32,000 nt of DNA from an uncultured archaeon (GTDB lineage: Archaea > Asgardarchaeota > Lokiarchaeia > Sigyniarchaeales > Promethearchaeaceae): the NCBI GenBank assembly GCA_964426185.1, contig CAYRPF010000002.1, positions 1,387 through 33,386 on the forward strand, given 5' to 3'. The notes below the pieces were generated by a model, which worked only from the letters and a program-made list of their open reading frames with translations, searched no databases and was not told the origin of the DNA. Both the position numbers and the translations under genes were made by a program. Positions within the stretch are counted from its first letter, which is position 1. Each line of letters opens with the position of its first letter. Of the stretch, positions 1-9,311 are shown one piece after another.

Positions 1-1469
1 AATCTACAAAGGGAACAACCACCTACTCCTTTGGCAATTTACAGATAAAAGACAGCCGAACGAAATCTAAGGCGATTTCATATTCTTCTGATACTTCATA
101 TTCTCCTGAGTCTGAAAACTGCCCCCTAGCTGAGGAAGAAGTGGTAGAAGATGCCATTGTAAACATTTTCGGCAAAGCTACCTTTCATAGAGATCAATTG
201 GAGCTGGAAATTAAATCGATCCGTTCATCTTCTATGGATTTTGAAGGAATTTTGCAGCAGCGCAGTAAACCCCGCCGTACCGAATTCAGCATTCCTTCGC
301 AGCGATATCAAGCGATGAAAAAGAGATTTATTAAGATCGCACAAAGAATCAGAAGGGCTATTATGGATCAACAACCTATTTTAATTCGACATCACAATGA
401 TGCCGATGGAATCTGCGCTGGATTGGCAGTGGAACAAGCCATTTTGCATGAAATGGAACGCAATAATATCGATCCAAAAAACAAAATATACCGCAGTCCC
501 AGTGTTTCGCCTTTTTATGATCAAATCGATCTATTTAGAGATGTTAGCAAATTTAATCGTTATACTAATCATTTCGGTGATAAATCGCCTCTGATTCTTC
601 TATTGGATACTGGCTCTACTCCCGAAAATTTGTTTGCCCTTCAAGTGCTCAAAAGTTTCAAATATGAATGCATTGTTGTGGATCATCACAATCCTGGTAA
701 TTTAGAGGATGGAAAAAGTGTTATTTGCAATTATCTGGAAGACCATCTTAATCCTTATCTATTTGGTTATGATTCCCAAACAAGCGGTGGAATGTTGGGA
801 TATGAACTTGCTCGATTCATTGATGAAGATTTTGAAGCACCCTTATATCCTGCTGTTGCAGGTGTAGGTGATCGATGTGAAGGTGAAGAAATTGACAAGT
901 GTATAGAAAAATCTGGTAAAAATCGAGAAGAATTAATGAATATGGCAAAAGTTATTGATTATTTAGCCTTTCACTTCAGGTTTGAAGATGGAGAAGGGGT
1001 TTATGAACAGGTATTTACCAATGATAAAATGGTGAACTTGGTGGCTCGTGAAGTAGATCGATATTTTGAAGAAACCTTGAACCGAATTTTACCCCATGTT
1101 CAAATTGAAGATTTTTCCGCGGTTAAGTTTGTTTCATTAAATTTAGAACAATTTACTCAACGGGGAAAATACCCTCCGCCTGGGAAAACCCTTGGATTAA
1201 TTCATGATTACATTGCGGGTCAGAGTGACCTTAAACCCGTTTTTACCATGGGCTTTTTTGGTGATGGAATCATTATAAGGGCGACTGAGGCGATTCTTCC
1301 CGTTCCTGAACTGTTAGTCGACTTACAGAAGAAATTTCCATTGGCTGCTGTAGAAGGAGGGGGACATGAGCAAGCAGGTTCAATTAAATTCTTGGAATTA
1401 TATGGGGAACAAATTTTGAGGGAAATAAAAGCAAGATTAGAAAATATTTCCTTTACGGATAATAAATAA
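1..1469 (+). CDS. Archaeal RecJ-like DHH-family phosphoesterase/exonuclease with N-terminal OB-fold (5'-truncated)
   Basis: DHH motifs RHHNDADG, LLDTGS, VVDHH and C-terminal DHHA1 GGGH. The frame is open from base 3 (STKGTTTYSFGNLQIKD...), so the real start lies upstream of the window, not at the GTG at 141. Segment IVNIFGKATFHRDQLELEI is OB-fold-like. Confidence 0.85.
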   Translation, partial: STKGTTTYSFGNLQIKDSRTKSKAISYSSDTSYSPESENCPLAEEEVVEDAIVNIFGKATFHRDQLELEIKSIRSSSMDFEGILQQRSKPRRTEFSIPSQRYQAMKKRFIKIAQRIRRAIMDQQPILIRHHNDADGICAGLAVEQAILHEMERNNIDPKNKIYRSPSVSPFYDQIDLFRDVSKFNRYTNHFGDKSPLILLLDTGSTPENLFALQVLKSFKYECIVVDHHNPGNLEDGKSVICNYLEDHLNPYLFGYDSQTSGGMLGYELARFIDEDFEAPLYPAVAGVGDRCEGEEIDKCIEKSGKNREELMNMAKVIDYLAFHFRFEDGEGVYEQVFTNDKMVNLVAREVDRYFEETLNRILPHVQIEDFSAVKFVSLNLEQFTQRGKYPPPGKTLGLIHDYIAGQSDLKPVFTMGFFGDGIIIRATEAILPVPELLVDLQKKFPLAAVEGGGHEQAGSIKFLELYGEQILREIKARLENISFTDNK

Positions 1470-1660
1470 AGCGAAGCAAACATCGCTTGATTCAAGACAT
1501 GTGGTAGTTTATTCAAGTAAAATTTTAATTTTATGAAATAATCTATCAATAATTTATTTTCCGAAGTTGGGATTATGGTTCCGAATTCGCATTATAGCGA
1601 AATACATAAAAATCCGAAATTACGAATTATTCCTTAGCAGTCAACAGAATTAACTATAGG

Positions 1661-2920
1661 GTGAAAATACTGGATATTAATTTGTGGCTAAATTGGATAG
1701 GAACAATTGTTATTGCAATCATTCTTTCAAACTTCTTCACCACCAGTATTAAGAAAAAATACTATAATCCCTTTTTACTCGTTTCAGTTTTCTTTTCTTT
1801 TATTGGTATCATTTTTGAAAATATAATGTATCACTTAGAAGAAAATGGGATTCAATCTATGGTTAATTTATTTTATGCACTTCATATCACAAGTTTTTGC
1901 ATATATTTCTTTTATATGTATTTATTTTTGAATTCATTAATACATAGTCGCCCGTCGGTTCCAAGTTTAGTGTTTATATCGGGGCTAATTGCAATTATTT
2001 TTATAGGATCTTGGGTACATTATCTTTATTATCCTGAATTATCTTATGATGATGGTTCAATTCCAGTTGCCCTTGCACGGTTAGCCTTTGATCTCACGGG
2101 AGTATACGTTTTTGGAGTTCAAGGTATGGTAATTTATTTTCGTATTTATCAAAAAGTGAAAGAGAAATTCGCATTATTATTTATTTTTACTCAATTTTCA
2201 ATGATGAGCGGATATTTCTTCCGAATTTTCCGGGAAATCAATAATTTGGCAAGCTTTTATAATCCTACTCAAATTAATCCTGTTTTTATTAATGGTCTCT
2301 CCCCAATAATTATATTTTTAAACATATTTGGTATGATAGGTGCAATGGTTTATATTGTGCTTTACAGTATAAATATCAAATACATTGTTCGTCTACCGGA
2401 TGACATATATTTCTTAGGGATTTACACCATTTCAGGCCTACAAATATATAAAGTTAATCTCAAAGCCTCTAAACAGCGTTATGTGGAAGATCGCCTTCTT
2501 AGTGGAATTTTCTCGGCCTTTTATAGTATTTTTAAAACATTATTTCAATCCCACCATCCCATTGAGATTATCCGTAGTCAAGATTTTTCACTTCTATTTA
2601 TTGCTCAAGAAAAAATAATGGTGGTTGCCGCTACAGAGCAACCTACTTATACTTTGGAACACGCCATGCGGCAATTTTTCAAACAGTTTACGGAAGAGTT
2701 TCCTAGGATTTATGAGAAGAATTTTCTCAATTTGGATGGAATTGAAAGGGTAGAGCAAATTCTGCATGAAAGATTTCCCTTTTTGGAAATTGAAAAATCT
2801 CCTTTTGATTCAGCTTATTCCACTCAAGCAGAGTTATCAACTGAACAAAATGGAAAAAAAGACTCCCAAATTCCAGTAACACCTGATCTTGTGGAAGATG
2901 TTCAAAATCTTAGCAAATAG
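1661..2920 (+). CDS. 7TM membrane protein fused to a C-terminal longin/roadblock-like domain
   Basis: Seven hydrophobic segments in aa ~8-237, then DIYFLGIYTISGLQIY...LLSGIFSAFYSIF...IEIIRSQDFSLLF...IMVVAATE...AMRQFFKQFTEEF, a beta-beta-alpha-beta-beta-beta-alpha pattern typical of longin domains. Confidence 0.7.
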   Translation: MKILDINLWLNWIGTIVIAIILSNFFTTSIKKKYYNPFLLVSVFFSFIGIIFENIMYHLEENGIQSMVNLFYALHITSFCIYFFYMYLFLNSLIHSRPSVPSLVFISGLIAIIFIGSWVHYLYYPELSYDDGSIPVALARLAFDLTGVYVFGVQGMVIYFRIYQKVKEKFALLFIFTQFSMMSGYFFRIFREINNLASFYNPTQINPVFINGLSPIIIFLNIFGMIGAMVYIVLYSINIKYIVRLPDDIYFLGIYTISGLQIYKVNLKASKQRYVEDRLLSGIFSAFYSIFKTLFQSHHPIEIIRSQDFSLLFIAQEKIMVVAATEQPTYTLEHAMRQFFKQFTEEFPRIYEKNFLNLDGIERVEQILHERFPFLEIEKSPFDSAYSTQAELSTEQNGKKDSQIPVTPDLVEDVQNLSK

Positions 2921-2970
2921 AAAAAGAAAAAAAAGAAAAATAAAAAAAGGGACGCGTCAGTAATAAAAAA
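2921..2970 (-). terminator. Oligo(T) tracts (minus strand) in a convergent intergenic gap, probable archaeal terminator
   Basis: Several A5-A8 runs on + (T runs on -) downstream of the stop of ORF 3002..4009. Confidence 0.4.
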
Positions 2971-3001
2971 GAACCAGAATATTATTCTTTCTCATCAATT
3001 T

Positions 3002-4009
3002 TTAGTCAAATTCTAAAATATCTCCGATATAATAGATTGTTTCATCAATATTTAATTCCATTTGCTGATTCGATGCAACAAAAACTCCGTGGTTGATTCC
3101 TTGTAAAATTTTATCCAAATACGCCAGGAACATTTCAACTATTTCGCGTAGCCTAACCATATCTCCAATTCGGTACGCCATATTCATTATATTGATCATA
3201 CCTGGAATAAAATCTCTGTTTAGAATAAGTGACTCCACTGCACCATTCGCAGTTTCAAATGGTTGTGGAATATCACACACTTGAAATAATAACTTGGAAA
3301 CAAATAACGAAGATTTCAACCCCCGAATAATGTAATTAATTTTACTTACTGAAGTTCTCTGCCGAAATGAGTGTAACTCATATAAAACCCTAAAATTTAC
3401 GTCATCATATGTATTAAGATATTTTTTCTTATACGTGGGCTCCCATACAATGGTTTTGAAATATTTTAACATTCTTTCGTAGTATTCAGCGAACAAGATG
3501 CTATATAGCGATTTATCTTCCTTTCTGACATATGAGGGAAAGTATTTTAAATTATAGTGCTTCCTTCTTAAAGTGTGGAAGAAATTCCGAAGAATTAATA
3601 TCTTCACTTTGAATCGATCGACTGCATAGAAGAGAGGAATTCGGGATTCTGTATACGCATTTACATTTCCATATCGAAGTTCATTTCTTCTATTGGGTCC
3701 CAAGCGTGATGCAATCGGGACTAACCTATGAACAACAATGAAAAATCGCGCCAAAATTTTAGAAAATAGATGGTTTTCATCTAACTCTAACTCTTCCATA
3801 ATTTTTTCCATATCTAGCGATTTGAAGGAGATATTAGAGAGATATTCGTAATTACGGAGGGCTAGAATACCTGAAGTCATCAGTTCTGCTTCCAATATGG
3901 AACGAAATGGAATGTAAACTCTGTTTAAATCCGTTGTATAACTATTTTGTGAAATAATATCAGGATAAGTCCCCACTCCAGTCACATCCAACCGATGGCT
4001 CATATTCAT
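3002..4009 (-). CDS. Hypothetical protein (soluble, probably helical, Tyr/Arg-rich)
   Basis: 335-aa ORF with ATG and upstream AAGGAA; no motif recognised. Confidence 0.75.
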   Translation of the reverse strand: MNMSHRLDVTGVGTYPDIISQNSYTTDLNRVYIPFRSILEAELMTSGILALRNYEYLSNISFKSLDMEKIMEELELDENHLFSKILARFFIVVHRLVPIASRLGPNRRNELRYGNVNAYTESRIPLFYAVDRFKVKILILRNFFHTLRRKHYNLKYFPSYVRKEDKSLYSILFAEYYERMLKYFKTIVWEPTYKKKYLNTYDDVNFRVLYELHSFRQRTSVSKINYIIRGLKSSLFVSKLLFQVCDIPQPFETANGAVESLILNRDFIPGMINIMNMAYRIGDMVRLREIVEMFLAYLDKILQGINHGVFVASNQQMELNIDETIYYIGDILEFD

Positions 4010-4293
4010 GCTTGTTTCCTTCAGATAATGTTTAACGTTTCAAGTAACCATTTTGTTATTTGCCATGCAAAATTGCAATTCAATAATTATTCTTAGTACT
4101 TGAAGTTAATAAAAATATGGAAAAAATAATTTGAAATAGTGAATATTTTATCTAATGCAGTAAAAAATTTATCTGACAGTTATTTTTCACACTTCAATTG
4201 CTAAATTTGTAAGTTTTTCACTTTAATTCTGAAAAAGGGCTAGTTTTTATCTTTATCGCTCCATATAATTATTAAATAGTGGAAGCACCAATC

Positions 4294-4311
4294 CAAGATA
4301 ATCTTTATATA
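4294..4311 (+). promoter_or_regulatory. Putative BRE/TATA box for the 4363 gene
   Basis: CAAGATAATC-TTTATATA (TATA at 4304-4311), about 50 nt before the ATG; strong RBS GAGGAGG at 4346-4352. Confidence 0.45.
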
Positions 4312-4362
4312 TGTTTAATCAGAGTATAAATATCCTCTTAATTTTGAGGAGGGGATTTTCTA

Positions 4363-5091
4363 ATGGCCGTAACACCTATTGCGATGACTCTTGGTATAAC
4401 TTCAATAATTTTATTGATTTTAGGATGGACATATTCTGTCCTATTTTGGATTAAATATATTTACGTAAGAAAAATCTTGGTTCCCCTTGTTGCTTGGGTT
4501 GCATTTTGCTGCGGAATGTTTTATTTAGGACCTACAGTGAGTTTTATTTCACTCTTAACAACGGGAAATAATATTGCTCCGAGAACCTATTATCTATTAT
4601 CCTATATTACTCTACCTTTAGCGGGGATGGGTATTACGCAGATGTCCTTATCTGTATTCAATCGAAAACTACAGAAGCGGGCATTTGTTATATATCTGTT
4701 AATGTCACTTCTTTACTATATCTTTGTGATTGGGTTCACAGATCAACAGTACAAAGCTGAAGATGTGGGACCAAGTGAATTATTAGATATTAGCCATAAT
4801 AATGTCTCACTAATAGTTACAGGTTTTACGCTATTTACTGTATTAGTTGTAAGTAGCGGTGGTTTTTTCTTACTTGCCCGGAAATTAAAGAAGAATAATA
4901 TGCCCAAGAAAGATATTCGAAAAACATTAATGATTGCAATTGGTTGGCTATTTTTCGTGGTTTCAGGTATCATGGATGCCATGATTCCTCCCTTATCGAT
5001 CATCTTCATTCTCTTTGTGCGGATTTTGATGATAATTGCCTTTAACTTTATATATTTGGGATTTTGGAAGAAACCCGTTAGAATGAAGTAA
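4363..5091 (+). CDS. Stand-alone 7TM membrane protein
   Basis: Seven hydrophobic helices, basic cytoplasmic loops (RKLQKR, RKLKKNNMPKKDIRK), no soluble C-terminal domain, strong RBS. Confidence 0.75.
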   Translation: MAVTPIAMTLGITSIILLILGWTYSVLFWIKYIYVRKILVPLVAWVAFCCGMFYLGPTVSFISLLTTGNNIAPRTYYLLSYITLPLAGMGITQMSLSVFNRKLQKRAFVIYLLMSLLYYIFVIGFTDQQYKAEDVGPSELLDISHNNVSLIVTGFTLFTVLVVSSGGFFLLARKLKKNNMPKKDIRKTLMIAIGWLFFVVSGIMDAMIPPLSIIFILFVRILMIIAFNFIYLGFWKKPVRMK

Positions 5092-5333
5092 ATTTGGGAG
5101 GTATTTTTCACTATTTTTTTTATCAAGTAAGACAATCCATCTGCTGCATGCTTAGAATTGCTAGAATTTTTAGGAATGTGCCAAAATCACCGAAATCTTA
5201 AATATTTTGCAATATTGAATTGTTTATGGTGAATTTGGGGATGAATGAAGAATAAAATTATACGATTTTAAAATTTAAATTCCATCATAAATGTTTTATC
5301 ATAAGCATAATCAACTTATAGATGCGCATTAAA

Positions 5334-6263
5334 ATGTCACAACAACCTGTCTTTAAATCTCATCACCCAGATGGATTCGGTAGTTTTGCCGGATTGGCCC
5401 TTAAAGAGTCTGGTGTTCCATATTTGCTTCAAGAAGCTGACATTCTCATCCAAGGCATTCCCTACGAAGCGGCTACTAGTGGAAAAAAGGGGACCTCCTT
5501 CGCTCCCCATGCCCTTCGGGCGATCTCAAAAGATTTCCAAGTCATTTCTCGTCGGGGAGTGGATTTGACAAAGTTAAAAATCTGTGATGTCGGCAATATT
5601 CCGATTTTTCCAGTAGAAGGTGCACAAACCCGGGATTCCATTACTTCTGCAATGCAAGCTTTGCTCAATGCTACATCTTCGCCTATCATTTCCATTGGGG
5701 GGGACCATTCGGTCACCTTTCCGTTGGTCAAAGCCTTTGATCCCTCTCAAAGCTTGGGGATCATTTGGTTAGATGCCCACCGCGACCTCCAAGACGTGTT
5801 CTTGGGTTCCCCTTTTTCCCACGGGACTTCACTTCGGCGAATATCTGAGCTACCAAATGTCGACCCTGAAAATATCTGTCTTATTGGCACTCGATACATG
5901 GATCCACTCGAACAGGTATTTATAGAAAAAACGCAAATTCAAGAACTGACTGCTCCTATGCTTGAAGACGCTCCTAACTACCGGAGTCTTGTCCAAAAAA
6001 CCATTTCGGAAATTGAGGATCGGGTTGACCATTTGTATATCTCGATTGATATCGACGTCCTTGATCCGGCTTTTGCACCAGGGACTGGGACTCCTGTGGC
6101 TGGGGGTTTAACCAGCGCCCAATTGTTGAATATTGTCAGTGACCTTTCCGTACCAGTCAGAGCCTTTGATATTGTTGAAGTATCGCCCCCATTAGATCCC
6201 TCGGGGATAACAAGTAAGGTACAGATGGCGCTCCTTACGGAAATTTTTGCCAAATATGCATAG
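5334..6263 (+). CDS. speB: Ureohydrolase (agmatinase/arginase family)
   Basis: Binuclear metal motifs GGDHS, DAHRD, SHGT, SIDIDVLDPAFAPGTGTP, DIVEVSP. Start at ATG 5334 or 5322. Substrate uncertain. Confidence 0.85.
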   Translation: MSQQPVFKSHHPDGFGSFAGLALKESGVPYLLQEADILIQGIPYEAATSGKKGTSFAPHALRAISKDFQVISRRGVDLTKLKICDVGNIPIFPVEGAQTRDSITSAMQALLNATSSPIISIGGDHSVTFPLVKAFDPSQSLGIIWLDAHRDLQDVFLGSPFSHGTSLRRISELPNVDPENICLIGTRYMDPLEQVFIEKTQIQELTAPMLEDAPNYRSLVQKTISEIEDRVDHLYISIDIDVLDPAFAPGTGTPVAGGLTSAQLLNIVSDLSVPVRAFDIVEVSPPLDPSGITSKVQMALLTEIFAKYA

Positions 6264-6284
6264 TAAAATTATTTTTTTCTTTTA

Positions 6285-7571
6285 TCAATTTTCTTTAATT
6301 CGTGCTTGAATCACTTCAGCCACCTTAAAACTTGTCGCTATCGCAACACCCAAACCTGTTCCATCCCTAACTTCGTCTTCTTCACTGAGATCTGTGGAAA
6401 ATAGATAATTTGAGGCGCCAACCACGAAAATATTTGATTTTTGAGTGGTGGATATAATTTCATAATTAGAATCAATCGAATCAGGAAAATCTAATTCCAA
6501 CTGGTGAAATTTATTGCCTAATTCATACGATTCAGAGAACAATCCTTGAGTAAATAAAGATCCAACTGCGATTACAATATATTTAGTTTTGAGTTTTTGA
6601 GTATTACCATGAGAATCTACTAAATGCACAATCCATTCTGAATCATTTTTAGTTAAATCGACCATTTTTGTCTTTTTTGCAAATGGTATAGCAAGAACTT
6701 GAATTTTCCTTTGAAATTGGCGGAGAAAACGTTCAGCCATAATCGATGGTGTCAAAGCCACCGTTTCAAAACATTCTATTCCTAAATGAGAACTCAAATG
6801 TGTAAAAATTGTGGGACAATTCTCAATACCCATAATTGGGGGAAATAATACTAAGGATATCTTTTTCCAATCAATTTCAGGAAATTTCGTGGCAAAATTC
6901 GACTTAATTAGAGTTGCTAAAGGAGACATATGAATTGCTTTTTCATCGAAAAATTTAGCAATTGTTTTTACGGAAATTACCTGCTTTTTCATGTTATCCA
7001 TCAAATCTGCATTCATTTGCTGAAATAATTGCCTAAGGCTAACAGTAAGAACTAAAAATTGTCCTTGAAATTTTTCTTCTAAACCTTTAGCTATCAAAGC
7101 CATGGGTGAATTTGTAAATTCTTGAAAATTAATTAATAAACACACCGATTCTTCCGTAAGTTTGCCAAAATTTGAAAAAATAGTATTCCACTTACCAGTT
7201 GTCAGCTTTGTATTTCCTAATGATGTAAGAACATGTCCATTGCAAACCTCTGCATTAGAATCTTGAAAAGAAGAAAACGTGGGAAAGCTTTCATAGAATT
7301 CTTGTAGGCTTTTTTGTAGGATTTCCATACTGATATGAGAATAGGGGTGAGCTGGTAAAGATACTTGAAATTTTGCCAATTCGAGAATTAGGTTGTCTCC
7401 CGGGTAATTGAGCACATCAACCGTCCCCAACCAAAAATTAGAAGCTCCGTTACCGGCATCGATTATTTTGCAATTGATTCCCTTTTTAGCTAACAATCGG
7501 GCTGTATTCATTCCTGCAAAACCACCCCCGATAATTGCTACATCTACATCTTGATTTGAGGTATCGTTCAA
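6285..7571 (-). CDS. glpB: Anaerobic glycerol-3-phosphate dehydrogenase subunit B (divergent)
   Basis: FAD motif DVAIIGGGFAG, GTVDVL, HPYSHI, C-terminal GTGLGVAIAT; ATGA overlap with glpA. Confidence 0.8.
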   Translation of the reverse strand: MNDTSNQDVDVAIIGGGFAGMNTARLLAKKGINCKIIDAGNGASNFWLGTVDVLNYPGDNLILELAKFQVSLPAHPYSHISMEILQKSLQEFYESFPTFSSFQDSNAEVCNGHVLTSLGNTKLTTGKWNTIFSNFGKLTEESVCLLINFQEFTNSPMALIAKGLEEKFQGQFLVLTVSLRQLFQQMNADLMDNMKKQVISVKTIAKFFDEKAIHMSPLATLIKSNFATKFPEIDWKKISLVLFPPIMGIENCPTIFTHLSSHLGIECFETVALTPSIMAERFLRQFQRKIQVLAIPFAKKTKMVDLTKNDSEWIVHLVDSHGNTQKLKTKYIVIAVGSLFTQGLFSESYELGNKFHQLELDFPDSIDSNYEIISTTQKSNIFVVGASNYLFSTDLSEEDEVRDGTGLGVAIATSFKVAEVIQARIKEN

Positions 7572-9202
7572 GAAAGATTTCCTCCTAAAATATACATATA
7601 TTTAGCCAGTTTAATTTGCCGTCGCTGTGCTTCATCAACCAAATCTTCTGTTTTCCATCTTTTTTCTAACGCTTCTTTTAATTCTTCCATGATCTTGGTA
7701 TGAGATTTTTGAGACCACAGCAATTCTAATTCTGCTACTTTAAAATAGCAGAATTGACCTTGACAAACCCCCATACCTTGGCGCGTTCGGCGCCGATAAT
7801 CATCAATTTTCTTCACAAATAGGTTTTCTCTTACCCAAGACAATTCAGATTCAGAAACTTGTTCACATTCGCATACAATTTTTGATTGAGTGTCAACTAT
7901 CGCGGTATCCAAGCATTTTGCGCATAATTCACCCATTTCTTGGATGAATGATCCCCATTTTAAACTTAAATCTGCAGCGTGTCGTGGATCAACTTGAAAT
8001 AATTTTTGCAATTCTTCTTTTGTGAAAGGACTATCTGCACCAGGGAGTAATTTTTCCTTAGTTAAACATGGTTTGTAATTTCCTAACTTTTGACATATGA
8101 GATCACCCACTTTTTCAGCTATTAAGCGATAAGTAGTGAGTTTTCCTCCAAAAACCGTTATTAAACCTGAAAAACCTTCGCTGGAATAATCAATAATGGA
8201 AAATTGACGGGAAGAAGTATAAGGTGATTCTTTTCTTTTAATTAAAGGACGTACTCCTGTATAATATCGAATTAGGCGAGTAGATTTTAAAACTGGGATT
8301 AATTCTTCACCCAAATGCTGCAAAGTATCAATTTCTTCATATGTCACCTTCGGCTGATCTAGTTCCCTATCTGGGATTGGGATGGCATTTGTTCCCACAA
8401 TGACTGATTGATGGCTGGGAACAATGATATCGCCTGTACTTGGAGGTTGTAGTCTGTTAATTACACTTGAAACCAAACGATTTTTAAAAATAAGGAGGGT
8501 TCCCCTTGTGGGTGCAATTTCCAACGGATGTTCGGGTTTTATATCTCGTTCAAGGATTGAAGCCCAAGGACCGGTTGCATTTATTATCCATTTTGCATAT
8601 ACATTGAAAAATTCATCGGATAATAAGTCATGCACCCGTATTCCGACAATTTCCTTCTCAGTAAGAATAAGATGTTCTACTTTACTGTAAGTGTGAATTT
8701 CCGCACCATGATTCTTGGCATCGAGTGCGTTATAAAGGGTTAAAAGGAAAGGGTCAACATAGGCATCATTCGTTCGAAAAACTTTACGAATGTTAGGATT
8801 ACAATTGGGTTCATGCTGTAGAAATTCTTTTATTGGAATTTCTTCGATATCTACGCCTGCATTTTGGCACATCTCGGGAAATTTCTTTCCGTAGTTTAGA
8901 TCTTCATCGGTTATTCCCACAAAATAGCCCCCAACGGAATCAATTATATGGGCTGCAGTTCGTCGTAAAATAAGGTTTTCTTGAGCGCATTCTTTGGCGA
9001 CTTCTGGATCAGTTGAAACATATCTCGCCCCCGAATGTAATAGTCCATGACATCGCCCCGTAGTTCCTTCTGCCAAGTCCCTTTTTTCAAATAATGCAAT
9101 TCTTATACCGCGTAAGGCTAAATCTCGGGCGATTCCCGTTCCACAGATGCCACCTCCCACAATGATTGCATCAAAATCTTGAATTAATTGCATTGGGTTC
9201 AC
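7568..9202 (-). CDS. glpA: Anaerobic glycerol-3-phosphate dehydrogenase subunit A
   Basis: IVGGGICG, GTTGRCHGLLHSGARY, GVRPL, GGKLTTYRL, C-terminal BFD-like [2Fe-2S] motif VCECE...RRRTRQGMGVCQGQFC. Confidence 0.92.
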   Translation of the reverse strand: MNPMQLIQDFDAIIVGGGICGTGIARDLALRGIRIALFEKRDLAEGTTGRCHGLLHSGARYVSTDPEVAKECAQENLILRRTAAHIIDSVGGYFVGITDEDLNYGKKFPEMCQNAGVDIEEIPIKEFLQHEPNCNPNIRKVFRTNDAYVDPFLLTLYNALDAKNHGAEIHTYSKVEHLILTEKEIVGIRVHDLLSDEFFNVYAKWIINATGPWASILERDIKPEHPLEIAPTRGTLLIFKNRLVSSVINRLQPPSTGDIIVPSHQSVIVGTNAIPIPDRELDQPKVTYEEIDTLQHLGEELIPVLKSTRLIRYYTGVRPLIKRKESPYTSSRQFSIIDYSSEGFSGLITVFGGKLTTYRLIAEKVGDLICQKLGNYKPCLTKEKLLPGADSPFTKEELQKLFQVDPRHAADLSLKWGSFIQEMGELCAKCLDTAIVDTQSKIVCECEQVSESELSWVRENLFVKKIDDYRRRTRQGMGVCQGQFCYFKVAELELLWSQKSHTKIMEELKEALEKRWKTEDLVDEAQRRQIKLAKYMYILGGNLS

Positions 9203-9311
9203 TTACTATTTACTCTTGTTACTATATATTTCTTCGCGCATAGGAATTATTCAGTGTTTGGTTAATGAGAGAATAATTTTTAAAGATTTATGCTAATCAT
9301 AATTCATACAG

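Noticed and set aside
4363-5091. Microbial rhodopsin
   Set aside because: No DxxxK/SxxxK retinal-binding Lys in TM7 of any of the three 7TM proteins.
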